DNA of 64,000 nucleotides from Acidobacteriota bacterium (lineage in GTDB: Bacteria > Acidobacteriota > CAIWXX01). The stretch lies in contig JBFMAF010000055.1 of the NCBI GenBank assembly GCA_040755995.1, positions 32,001 to 96,000 of the forward strand, written 5' to 3'. The notes beneath the pieces are model-generated. The model ran no database searches. It had not been told where the DNA came from and saw only the letters and a list, made by a program, of their open reading frames with translations. The position numbers and the translations under genes are program-made. Shown here piece by piece: positions 19,204 to 28,656 of this stretch (within the stretch, counting starts at the first letter, position 1; each line of letters begins with the position of its first letter).

Positions 19204-20951
19204 TGAACGACCTTGAACACGCGGGTCATCGTTTCTCGCCAATCCTTCTCGCAGCTCTCGCCTGTCTGCTCACGCTGCCGGCCCTGAAGGCGGGCCTCAT
19301 CGCCGACGACTACTTCCACCGTACCGTGCTGCTCCATCGGGGCGAACTGGCGCCGTTCATGCATCCCGTCATGGACCTGTTCGCTTTCGTGAAACAGGGT
19401 GAGCCGGCAGACTTGATGCGCGAGGTCGGCTACCTGCCCTGGTGGTCTGACGCCGGTGTTCGCATCTCGCTCTTCCGGCCTCTCACGGCGTTGACCCACG
19501 TTCTTGACTACGCCCTGTGGCCGGATGGAATCGTCTTGCAGCACCTGCACAGCCTCGGCTGGTTCCTTCTGGGCGTTCTTCTCGTTGTCGCTCTCTACCG
19601 GATGGTCCCCGGCATGTCCATCGCCGCGGCATCTCTTGCCGGCCTGTTCTTCGCCGTCGAGGACGCGCACGCGTATCCTGCCGGATGGATTGCCAACAGG
19701 AACGCGCTGCTCTGTCTCGTGTGCGGGACGGCGACTCTCATGTGTCACGTCCGATGGCGAGCCACCGGCCGCGCACGGTGGCTGGTTTTCGCCCTGCTTG
19801 TGTTCGCGGCGGGCCTTGGCTGCGGCGAAGCGACGCTCGGGACGCTGGGCTACCTGGCCGCGTGGCAGCTGACCATGGAGCAGAGGCAACAGCGAATACG
19901 TTCCACGGCCGTCTTGCTGTCGTACGTCGGTCTGGTGTTCCTCTGGCGATTGCTCTATGACACGCTCGGTTACGGCGTCACAGGCTCACGCCTGTACGTC
20001 GATCCGGGTCAGCGACCGCTGCTGTTTCTGCAGGGGCTGGCTGAACGCTTGCCGGTTCTCGTTGCCGGTCAGTGGTTCCAGATACCGGTCGACCTGTGGA
20101 TCCTGCTGACAGGTGCACAGCGAATCGCGGTCTCTCTGGCCTCCGCAGTTCTCGCCGCAGCCATCTTCTGGCTCCTCTGGCCGCTGCTGAAACGCCCTCT
20201 CGCGCGTTTCTGGGCGACCGGTATGGCCCTCTCGCTTGTCCCCCTCTGCGCCGCTTTTCCAATGGACAGGCTCCTCATCTTCTCGGGCATCGGCGCTTTC
20301 GGCCTCCTGGCGCTGTTCGTCGATGCCTACTTACTTTCCTCGCCGGTCTCAGCCCGCTGGCGCAGGCGCGCAGCGATCGTTTTGCTGGCGCTCCACGGCC
20401 CGATCGCGGCAATCCTGCTCCTCCTGGGGACATTGGGATTGCCGGTGTTCGGGGACTTCTTCAGTGCGGCGGCGCGGCGCAGTCCCACCGGCCCCGAGAT
20501 CGCACAACAGACTTTCGTCTACGTGAATGGGAACGATTTCCCCGTAGTCTACAGCCGCGTCGTTCGAGTCGCCAACGGCGAGCCGGCTCCGCGACGCGTG
20601 GCGCAGCTCGCGTCGATGACGGACACGAACCAGATCTACCGCAAGGACATCAACACGCTGGTCGCTACGCCCGGCGACGGGTTTCTAGCGCATCCCATTG
20701 ACCGCCTGCTAGCGAGCGAGGACCGTCGCTTCCATCCGGGTGACCGAATCGAGCGTCCCGACTACCAGGTGGAAGTTGTCAGCGTCACCAGGGACGGGCG
20801 CCCGGCCAGCGTGTCTTTCAAGTTCCGTCAGCCGCTGGAGGACCCATCTCTCCGCTGGCTCTACTGGAAGGACCACCGCCTGCAGCAGTTCCCGCTTCCG
20901 GTAGTCGGAAGCTCAGTCCTGGTTCCAGCTATCAGGTTCGATCCTTTCTGA
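19203..20951 (+). CDS. Multi-pass membrane protein, possible GT-C-fold glycosyltransferase
   Basis: DDYFH, FRPL, H..PAGWIANRNALL motifs; many TM helices plus a soluble C-terminal domain. Confidence 0.6.
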   Translation: MNDLEHAGHRFSPILLAALACLLTLPALKAGLIADDYFHRTVLLHRGELAPFMHPVMDLFAFVKQGEPADLMREVGYLPWWSDAGVRISLFRPLTALTHVLDYALWPDGIVLQHLHSLGWFLLGVLLVVALYRMVPGMSIAAASLAGLFFAVEDAHAYPAGWIANRNALLCLVCGTATLMCHVRWRATGRARWLVFALLVFAAGLGCGEATLGTLGYLAAWQLTMEQRQQRIRSTAVLLSYVGLVFLWRLLYDTLGYGVTGSRLYVDPGQRPLLFLQGLAERLPVLVAGQWFQIPVDLWILLTGAQRIAVSLASAVLAAAIFWLLWPLLKRPLARFWATGMALSLVPLCAAFPMDRLLIFSGIGAFGLLALFVDAYLLSSPVSARWRRRAAIVLLALHGPIAAILLLLGTLGLPVFGDFFSAAARRSPTGPEIAQQTFVYVNGNDFPVVYSRVVRVANGEPAPRRVAQLASMTDTNQIYRKDINTLVATPGDGFLAHPIDRLLASEDRRFHPGDRIERPDYQVEVVSVTRDGRPASVSFKFRQPLEDPSLRWLYWKDHRLQQFPLPVVGSSVLVPAIRFDPF

Positions 20952-21060
20952 ATCGGGCAGGCAACCACTAACCAGCGGATCGCGCGGGGATTCGATCTTG
21001 GGCACTCCCGGGATTGAAGTGGCTGGGCATGAGGGGTTGTGGTCGCCAGATCCGGGCTCA

Positions 21061-21095
21061 TCACCGCGTCTCCGTGTCCCCGCGTCGCCGCATCT
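21061..21095. repeat. Octamer tandem repeat (CCGCGTCN x4)
   Basis: tca ccgcgtct ccgtgtcc ccgcgtcg ccgcatct. Confidence 0.7.
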
Positions 21096-21143
21096 GTTCC
21101 ATCGGAGCACGACAGCATCCAAGGTCCGTGCACTCTCAAGATT

Positions 21144-22202
21144 CTATCGTGGGCACCGGTCATCCAGGAGGAACTCCTGGATGTAGCTGACGCCGATCAG
21201 GGCGCCGGTCACGGTTGAATTGTCGAGGATGTGCCTCATGTCAATCATGCGGCCGTTTTCGATGACTCCCCTGATCTCAGCTTCGAGGCTGGCGGCTTTC
21301 TCAGGGAGCGGCATCGCGGAAAAGATCACGGCATGCTCGTGGAGAAGCTCGGTCTTGGCTCCGATGTTTGCCGGATGGACGTAGAACACGGCATTGAATC
21401 GGTCCTTGGAGAACGCCGATAGATCGGCTGTCAGGTCGACACCTACGCCGCAGATCAAAGCAGTGACGTCTTTGTGCCGGGGTTCCTTGTCCAACTCGAA
21501 CCACTCACTCACGTTCGAAGCGTCCGTGATCATCTCGCCGTTCTTAGGGGCGAAGTCCTTTACGGGGGATATCTTGACCGCCGATCCGTAGATGCCCGAC
21601 ATCTGGGCTCGCGCTACGACGCCGATCACACCCTTGTAGTCAGGGCGGCGGGAGCGATACATGTCGAACAGCGATCGGTACACCGACGCCATGTTCGTCC
21701 CGCCCTTTTCACTGCTCTTGAACAGGATCAAGTCATCGAAGCCACCGCTCACCGACACATTGAACGCCGTCTTAATCGTGGCTTTCTCCACGCCCTTGTC
21801 GAAGCGGAGGCAGTCCGGCGAGTCCTTGCCGTCGGCCGGCAGACAGTACATGTTGCCGTCGACGGTGATCATCTCACCAAGTTTCGGGTAGCAGTCCTCG
21901 ATCTGATCGCCCAATGCCCCGAGCCCTATCGAGTACCTTATCTCAGCAGGATGCCTCAGGCAGACGTCCTTTCTCTCGATGCTGGCTCGTAGGACGTTGT
22001 TGACGTTGCCGATGACCTTCACGACTCCATCGGCCTTGTCGCTCCTGATCCGCTCGAATGAGCCATGCTGGTCTTCGATCCGAGTTATGCCGGGTTGGGC
22101 AGGAAGTTGCATTTGCGTGTCCTCCTTGTGGGATGTCTCTTGCGCGTATGGCGCGGAGATCAGCGCCAGGAGCATCAAATGAAGAGCTGGGATTGCGAAC
22201 AA
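21144..22202 (-). CDS. Exported hypothetical protein with acetolactate-decarboxylase-like motifs
   Basis: Signal peptide; GLGALG..GEMITVDGNMY; HEH and HILD. Confidence 0.55.
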   Translation of the reverse strand: MFAIPALHLMLLALISAPYAQETSHKEDTQMQLPAQPGITRIEDQHGSFERIRSDKADGVVKVIGNVNNVLRASIERKDVCLRHPAEIRYSIGLGALGDQIEDCYPKLGEMITVDGNMYCLPADGKDSPDCLRFDKGVEKATIKTAFNVSVSGGFDDLILFKSSEKGGTNMASVYRSLFDMYRSRRPDYKGVIGVVARAQMSGIYGSAVKISPVKDFAPKNGEMITDASNVSEWFELDKEPRHKDVTALICGVGVDLTADLSAFSKDRFNAVFYVHPANIGAKTELLHEHAVIFSAMPLPEKAASLEAEIRGVIENGRMIDMRHILDNSTVTGALIGVSYIQEFLLDDRCPR

Positions 22203-22272
22203 TCGTCACCTCGAAATTCAATGGAAGTGGTGGGGCAATCCGAAGCCTCGGCGCCGGGGCCAGGCACGGCGC

Positions 22273-23997
22273 TCATGCCATGTCGAGTCGCTTGACGTAG
22301 TTCTTGGAACCCTCGACGTACGACGACAACGGAGGCACCTCGTCGCGGTCGATTACACAGTCGATCACCGCAGGCCGCTTCGCCGCGATCGCTTTCGGCA
22401 GCATCTCCTTCAGCTCATTCGGCCTGGTGGCCCTGTAGCCGACGGCTCCGAACGCCTCGGCGATCTTGGCAAAATCGACGGGCTTGAAAGACGATGCGAC
22501 AGGTTCGATATTCACCATCTTCTGAATGTCATAGGCCATGCCCAGCTTCCCGTTGTTATGGATCACCCAGACCACGGGAATACCGTATTCGACGGCAGTC
22601 GCGATTTCCATCCCGTTCATCAGGAAGCAGCCGTCGCCGACCAGCGCCACCACGGGTCTGTCTTTGGCCGCCACTTTCCCGCCGATGGCTGCGGCCGTTG
22701 CGTAGCCCATCGGGAGCATTCCGAATGCGCATATGAAGCTGCCCGGCCGGCGGACCTTGAGATAGTGCACGGCCCAGTCGGCGTGATTTCCGGTATCGAC
22801 AAACAGTATCGCGTCTTCGGGAAGCGATGCTTCAAGCTCCTTGATGGTGCGCTGGGGCTTGAGCGGAACAGCCTCGGAAGTCATCTTCTCCGGCTCGAGA
22901 TACATCCCCACTTTCCGTCTCAGACTCTCCAACTCCCTCGCGCGTTCGTCCTTTCTCGCTTCGGATTCTCCCATGTACCTCAGGATCCGGAACGACATCT
23001 CGCTCACGACCGTCTGGGCGTCTCCGACCAGCGGGATGTCGGTCTTGTAGTTCTTGCCTATTTCGGTCGGGTCGATATTCACGTGGATGAGGCAGTCGGT
23101 CGGGGAGATCCTGGGGTCCCAGCTCATGGTAGTAAGCTGGTTGAGACTGGCGCCCACGACGAGCAATACGTCGGTCTTGCCCGACTCGATGTAGGCCTCC
23201 GCCAGCGGCGAGCCGCACAGGCCGATCACGCCGAGCGCCAGCGGGTGATCTTCAGGGAAAGCACCCTTGCCTTTTGGAGTAGTGGCCACGGGAATCCCGA
23301 GCATCTCCGCGAGCTCGACGATCTCTCCGGTGGCGCCCGAGACGACCGCGCCCGAGCCGACGATCATCGCGGGCGAACGGGCGGCGACGAGCTTCTTGGC
23401 CGCCTCGATGACGAGCGTGCGGTCGAAGTATTCCCGCGGATAGCGATAGGGTTGTGGAGGCCCGAGGTCGGCGGAAATCTCACCGCCGATCACGTCCTTC
23501 GGCATGCTCAGGTGGACCGGCCCCCGGCGACCGCTCATGGCGATCCTGATCGCCCCCTTGATCTCGTCCTCCATCTTGTACTTCGAAAGCACCATCGAGC
23601 TGTACTTCGTGATTGGATCGAATATCGCCACCGAGTCCACACCCTTCCTCGTCGAGTCCTGGAACGTGCCTTTGCCGTAGTCCAGAGTCGACACCTGTCC
23701 CGTCAGGACGACGATCGGGATGTTGTCGGTGTACGCCGTTGCGACACCCGTGACCAGGTTGGTCGCGCCGGGTCCCGAAGTGGCGTAGCATGCGCCGAGC
23801 GTGCCCTTGACTCGCGCGTACCCGTCGGCCATGAACGCGGCGCCTTCCTCGTGCTTCGTCAATATCGGCTTGATGTTCGGATTGCGATTGAACGCCGCCA
23901 GGAAAGGATTGAGTGCCGCCCCCGAGATTCCGAAGATATAGTCCACACCCTCGTTTTCCAGGTACTTCAGCAGGAGATCGGCCGCAGTCATCTTCAT
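22273..23997 (-). CDS. ThDP-dependent enzyme, acetolactate synthase large-subunit-like
   Basis: KHEEGAAFMADGYAR, TSGPGATN, GDGCFLMNGME...NNG. Confidence 0.92.
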   Translation of the reverse strand: MKMTAADLLLKYLENEGVDYIFGISGAALNPFLAAFNRNPNIKPILTKHEEGAAFMADGYARVKGTLGACYATSGPGATNLVTGVATAYTDNIPIVVLTGQVSTLDYGKGTFQDSTRKGVDSVAIFDPITKYSSMVLSKYKMEDEIKGAIRIAMSGRRGPVHLSMPKDVIGGEISADLGPPQPYRYPREYFDRTLVIEAAKKLVAARSPAMIVGSGAVVSGATGEIVELAEMLGIPVATTPKGKGAFPEDHPLALGVIGLCGSPLAEAYIESGKTDVLLVVGASLNQLTTMSWDPRISPTDCLIHVNIDPTEIGKNYKTDIPLVGDAQTVVSEMSFRILRYMGESEARKDERARELESLRRKVGMYLEPEKMTSEAVPLKPQRTIKELEASLPEDAILFVDTGNHADWAVHYLKVRRPGSFICAFGMLPMGYATAAAIGGKVAAKDRPVVALVGDGCFLMNGMEIATAVEYGIPVVWVIHNNGKLGMAYDIQKMVNIEPVASSFKPVDFAKIAEAFGAVGYRATRPNELKEMLPKAIAAKRPAVIDCVIDRDEVPPLSSYVEGSKNYVKRLDMA

Positions 23998-24150
23998 GAT
24001 TCACCTCAGCTCGGATCGATGTTTCTGACTGCCGGCGATTTCAGCGGGACAGGGGCCTCGCTGAGGGTTGCCTGGCAGTACCTCGTTGCGGTGGCAACGT
24101 AGCACCGCGCTGGAGGTGAAGTCAACAAGGCGCCGCCCGTGACATACTCC

Positions 24151-24180
24151 TTGACAGCCTCGTGGATTCGCCCACATAAT
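24151..24180 (+). promoter_or_regulatory. Putative sigma70 promoter for the permease
   Basis: TTGACA-18 bp-CATAAT. Confidence 0.5.
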
Positions 24181-24267
24181 GCCGCTTCTGGTTTCGACCA
24201 GGAGTAGCAGGGCATCAAGGAGTCGGTCGAAGCGGGCGAGTAGGCTGGACTCCCGGAGGATCGTCAA

Positions 24268-25839
24268 GTGGGCAATCAACTCTTTGCACGGAAGCCGCTC
24301 GAGCTGCTGCTCGAAGAGATGGCTGGTGAGCACAGGCTGCGTCGCATTCTCGGTCCGGTGCAGCTGTCGAGTCTCGGCATCGGAGCGATCGTCGGGACGG
24401 GGATCTTCGTTCTGACCGGCGTGGCAGCGCACGACAGGACCGGGCCGGCGCTGATGCTTTCGTTCGTCGTCTCCGGAGTTGCCTGCATCTTCGCGGCGCT
24501 GTGCTATGCGGAGTTCGCCTCTATGGCGCCTGTGGCGGGCTCAGCCTACACGTATGCCTACGCGACCTTGGGCGAGCTGTTCGCGTGGATCATCGGCTGG
24601 GACCTGGTGCTCGAATACGCGGTGGGCTCCTCCACGGTGGCGCACGGCTGGTCCCACTACTTCCAGGACTTCATCGGCATCCTGGGCTTCCACCTCCCCG
24701 CCTCTCTGAGGAACGCTCCGTTCGACTACGACATGGCCACCGGCAGACTCATTTCGACGGGCACGATTCTGGATCTGCCGGCCGTGGTCATCACGTTCGT
24801 CATCACTGCAATCCTTGTCAAAGGTATCAGAGAAAGCGCCAGCTTCAACGCCACGATGGTCATGCTGAAGGTATCCATCGTGATCTTCGTGATCGTCGTC
24901 GGAGCCTTCTACGTCAACCCCGCCAACTGGCACCCGTTTGCTCCGTTCGGACTTACGGGGATCAGCTTCTTCGGCAAGACCCTGGCGGGCCAGACGGGGC
25001 CGGGTGGCGAGCCAGTCGGCATGCTCGCCGGAGCCGCGATCATCTTTTTCGCATACATCGGATTCGATTCAGTGTCGACACACGCCGAGGAGGCTCGCAA
25101 GCCTCAGCGCGACGTACCAATCGGCATCGTCTCCTCCCTGATCATCTGCACGATACTCTACATCGCCGTCTCAGCCGTTCTGACGGGCATGGTACCGCAT
25201 GACCAGATCGATATCAGCGCGCCCGTGTCGAAGGCCTTCGAGAAAGTCGGACTGCACTGGGCGCAGTTCTTGATCTCACTTGGAGCCGTCGCGGGCATCA
25301 CGTCGGTTCTTCTGGTGATGATGTTGAGCCAGCCACGAGTCCTTCTGGCGATGGCTCGTGATGAGCTCATTCCCAAGAGCTTCTTCGGCGCGGTGCACCC
25401 GCGTTTTCGCACTCCATGGAAATCGACCATCTTGACCGGTCTGTTCGTCGCCTCTCTGGCGGCGTTCCTGCCGCTGCGGATTCTGGCCGAGCTGGTCAAC
25501 ATCGGGACCTTGCTGGCATTCACTATCGTCTGCGCCGCGGTGCTGATCATGCGAAGAACATACCCGGATGCTCAGCGGCCTTTCCGCGCTCCGTGGGTGC
25601 CCGTCGTGCCGATCCTCGGCATCCTCTCCTGCCTACTGCTCATGTTCTCGCTGCCAGCCGAGAACTGGCTGCGGCTCTTCGTCTGGCTCGCGATCGGCCT
25701 GCTCATCTACTTCTTCTATGGCCGGCGGCACAGCGTAATGGCCCGCTACATCGCACACGAGATTTCCGCCCACGGCGTGTCGCCGGCCGGGTCCCTCGCT
25801 ACCGACGTCGACGAGGATTTACCCGAAAGCAAGAAGTAG
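24268..25839 (+). CDS. APC-family amino acid permease
   Basis: GIGAIVGTGIF, GSAYTY, FAYIGFD, ELVNIGTL. Confidence 0.93.
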   Translation: MGNQLFARKPLELLLEEMAGEHRLRRILGPVQLSSLGIGAIVGTGIFVLTGVAAHDRTGPALMLSFVVSGVACIFAALCYAEFASMAPVAGSAYTYAYATLGELFAWIIGWDLVLEYAVGSSTVAHGWSHYFQDFIGILGFHLPASLRNAPFDYDMATGRLISTGTILDLPAVVITFVITAILVKGIRESASFNATMVMLKVSIVIFVIVVGAFYVNPANWHPFAPFGLTGISFFGKTLAGQTGPGGEPVGMLAGAAIIFFAYIGFDSVSTHAEEARKPQRDVPIGIVSSLIICTILYIAVSAVLTGMVPHDQIDISAPVSKAFEKVGLHWAQFLISLGAVAGITSVLLVMMLSQPRVLLAMARDELIPKSFFGAVHPRFRTPWKSTILTGLFVASLAAFLPLRILAELVNIGTLLAFTIVCAAVLIMRRTYPDAQRPFRAPWVPVVPILGILSCLLLMFSLPAENWLRLFVWLAIGLLIYFFYGRRHSVMARYIAHEISAHGVSPAGSLATDVDEDLPESKK

Positions 25840-25863
25840 CCCGCCTGCGGCCCGTGGTGGAGC

Positions 25864-26805
25864 TCAACCGCAGGACTTCCGATGCCGTCGGCCCTGGCGC
25901 GTTACCCGTTGCCACAGGTTTCGGATGCGCTCGATCACGCGCTCCGCCGTCGTCTGCATCAGCGTGAACTCGACAACCGCAGCCGAGATACTGACGGCAT
26001 GGGATCCATACCGCTGCTTCAGATCATGGAGCCGGTCCATCACGAAGAGGTACAGGTCCGCCTCGGTTCGCTTCGGGAACTCCTCCAGAACACCGGTCTC
26101 TCGTATCGTGCCGACAACGGGGCGATACAGCGTGTCCCGCCATGACGCAACCGCCTCGTCCCAACCGATCGCCCTTCCCATGTCGACTCCGAGCAAGTAG
26201 CGGTGGACGCTGATGTGGTCCAGGAGGCGTTCGTATCCATTCGGCTCCGTGACACGATAGTCGTCGGGGTCCACAGGCACGAGCCCGGTTGCCTCCAGGA
26301 AATCCGCGAGCCCTTCCTTCATGAGGACCTCCTCGATCGAGGCATCTGGTGCGAGTGGCACCGGCGTCAGAAACTCCTTGACGTGCGCCTCGATGGCCGG
26401 CGCTTTCATGGACCTGGCCACGGAGACGCGATGATGGCCGTCGACCACGAAATACGCCTCCCCGACCCTGTACAGCTCGACAGCCGAGAAGCCCTTCGGT
26501 CCTTCCGCAAGTTCCCGCACGTCCTCCCACCGCTCCCGAAGCGCCTCCGCACGTGGCAAGAACGCGCGGTTGAACTCGTGTTCCCGCCCCCGCCCCAGTG
26601 TCCCGACCACCTGGTCCAGCGGCACCTCCATCACGCCACGGTCCACGATCCTCTTCAGCCGCAATCGCTCGCGCACGCGCTCGAACGACAACAGGTCACG
26701 CGGCCGCCGCGTGATATGCGTGATGATGTCTCGCATCAAGGCCCCGCGGCGCGCGGCATCGAACTGTGTCATGACAGGATCATCCCCGTTCACGCGGACG
26801 TGCAC
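25864..26805 (-). CDS. ParB/Srx-like domain protein (DUF4032-related)
   Basis: VELYRVGEAYFVVDGHHRVSVA, LLDHISVHRY, RTEADLYL; start position uncertain. Confidence 0.7.
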   Translation of the reverse strand: MHVRVNGDDPVMTQFDAARRGALMRDIITHITRRPRDLLSFERVRERLRLKRIVDRGVMEVPLDQVVGTLGRGREHEFNRAFLPRAEALRERWEDVRELAEGPKGFSAVELYRVGEAYFVVDGHHRVSVARSMKAPAIEAHVKEFLTPVPLAPDASIEEVLMKEGLADFLEATGLVPVDPDDYRVTEPNGYERLLDHISVHRYLLGVDMGRAIGWDEAVASWRDTLYRPVVGTIRETGVLEEFPKRTEADLYLFVMDRLHDLKQRYGSHAVSISAAVVEFTLMQTTAERVIERIRNLWQRVTRQGRRHRKSCG

Positions 26806-26926
26806 GTGGACGGAAGCAGTGCAACCGGATTGCGCGGTCTCTCATGAAATCTTGCTCAGACGATCGCCTAAGGATAGCATAGAGCCCGGGGCGCTGAGGC
26901 GCCGCGGAACGAGTCAGGAGGCAACG

Positions 26927-28585
26927 ATGAACGCAGGTACCCGGTTGCTGCCATGTCTGGTCGCGTTGGCGACACTCGCAACAACGTGCGTGTGTAGCCA
27001 TCTCGCGGAGCCGAATCCGGTTCGGGCTTCCGGCCCGGTGCCGCAGTGGAAGAACGACTGGAGCCGTGGGGCGGTCTTCTACGAGGTCTTCGTCCGAAGC
27101 TACTACGATTCCAACGGGGACGGCATCGGCGATCTCAAGGGACTCATCGCCAAGCTCGACTACCTCAACGACGGCAAGCCGCAGACCTCGTCGGACCTGG
27201 GAGTGGATGCGCTGTGGCTCATGCCGATCTTCAAGTCGCCGAGCTATCACGGGTACGACGCGCTCGACTACCGGCAGGTCAACCCTGACTATGGGAAGAA
27301 CGCGGACATGGAACTGCTCCTGAAGGAGGCGCATCGGCGCGGCATCCGGGTCATACTCGACCTCGTCATGAATCACACAGGCTCCGATCACCCGTGGTTC
27401 GTCGAATCCTCCTCCTCGCCCGCCTCGGCGCGCCGAGAGTGGTATGTGTGGAGCAAGACGGATCCGGGCTGGATGCCGCCATGGGGAGGGACGAATCAGA
27501 CGTGGCATCCGAAGAACGGGTACTACTACTACGGGGTCTTCTGGAGCGGCATGCCGGACCTCAACTATCGCACGCAGGCTGTGCGCAAGGAGATGAAGCT
27601 CATCGCCAAGTACTGGCTGGGCAAGGGGGTCGATGGATTTCGCCTGGACGCAGCGCGGCATCTAATCGAAAACGGGGCAGGCCAGTCGCAGGTTGACACG
27701 CCGGAGACGCACGCATTCTGGAAGGAGCTCTCGACACACGTGCGCAAGGTCAAGCCCGAGGCGACGCTTGTTGGCGAGAACTGGACCGACACGCCGATCA
27801 TCGCAACCTACTTCGGCTCAACGGCTGTAGTGAAGGGCGGCGATGAGTTCCCGATGAACTTCGACTTTCCCCTGGCTTCGAGCATCATCCAGGGGGTCAA
27901 CGCGAGCAGGGCCACCGGCATTGCCGCCAAGATCGCCGAGGTGAAGTCGCTCTATCCCGCCGGATCTACCGACGCTCCGTTCCTGACCAATCACGACAAC
28001 GTGCGATTGGCGACGCAGCTGGGCGCCAACACGGGCAAGCTGAGGAATGCCGCGGCGATCCTGCTCACCGTGCCCGGCTCACCTTTCGTTTACTATGGCG
28101 AGGAGGTGGGCGTCCAGAACGGAACAACATCGGGCGACGAGGCGAAGCGGACGCCAATGCCATGGGATGCGAGCGACAAGGGCGGATTCACGACGGGAAC
28201 GCCGTGGTATCAGTTCGCGCCGGGCAAGGAAACGGCGAACGTCGCACTGCAGAAGAACGATCCGTCTTCCCTGCTCGCCATGTACCGCAACTTGATTGCG
28301 GCGCGAAAGAGATCCACGGCGCTCACGAAAGGCGGAATCGAGCTGCTGACGGCAACGACCGGCGCATCCTCGGTGCTCGCGTACGTGCGTACGGACGGCG
28401 CCGAGCGCGTGCTGGTCGCGCACAACCTCAGCGACACCTTCGCGGTCGGCGGCCCATACGCGATCAGCGCCACCACCGCCGAGAAGCTCTTCGCGTATCC
28501 GAGTGTGACGAATCCAACAGGCGGGCCCGGGTCCTGGAGCATCGCCCTCCCGCCCCGCGCCACCGGCGTCTGGCGGATGGAGTAG
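26927..28585 (+). CDS. Exported GH13 alpha-amylase family protein
   Basis: DLVMNH, GFRLDAARH, LVGENW, FLTNHD; CAGGAGG RBS and signal peptide. Confidence 0.92.
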   Translation: MNAGTRLLPCLVALATLATTCVCSHLAEPNPVRASGPVPQWKNDWSRGAVFYEVFVRSYYDSNGDGIGDLKGLIAKLDYLNDGKPQTSSDLGVDALWLMPIFKSPSYHGYDALDYRQVNPDYGKNADMELLLKEAHRRGIRVILDLVMNHTGSDHPWFVESSSSPASARREWYVWSKTDPGWMPPWGGTNQTWHPKNGYYYYGVFWSGMPDLNYRTQAVRKEMKLIAKYWLGKGVDGFRLDAARHLIENGAGQSQVDTPETHAFWKELSTHVRKVKPEATLVGENWTDTPIIATYFGSTAVVKGGDEFPMNFDFPLASSIIQGVNASRATGIAAKIAEVKSLYPAGSTDAPFLTNHDNVRLATQLGANTGKLRNAAAILLTVPGSPFVYYGEEVGVQNGTTSGDEAKRTPMPWDASDKGGFTTGTPWYQFAPGKETANVALQKNDPSSLLAMYRNLIAARKRSTALTKGGIELLTATTGASSVLAYVRTDGAERVLVAHNLSDTFAVGGPYAISATTAEKLFAYPSVTNPTGGPGSWSIALPPRATGVWRME

Positions 28586-28656
28586 TTGTAGCGGGCCCAC
28601 CGATCTGCGGACCCCGCGCCGCGCGGCACCGGCGCGCCTGGGTGGCCTGTGCGTCC

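Noticed and set aside
22558..24102. Long antisense or alternative-frame ORFs (also 46578-48257, 36045-37442, 31168-32541, 52500-53852)
   Set aside because: Shadow ORFs of high-GC genes; Arg/His/Gly-rich with no family motifs
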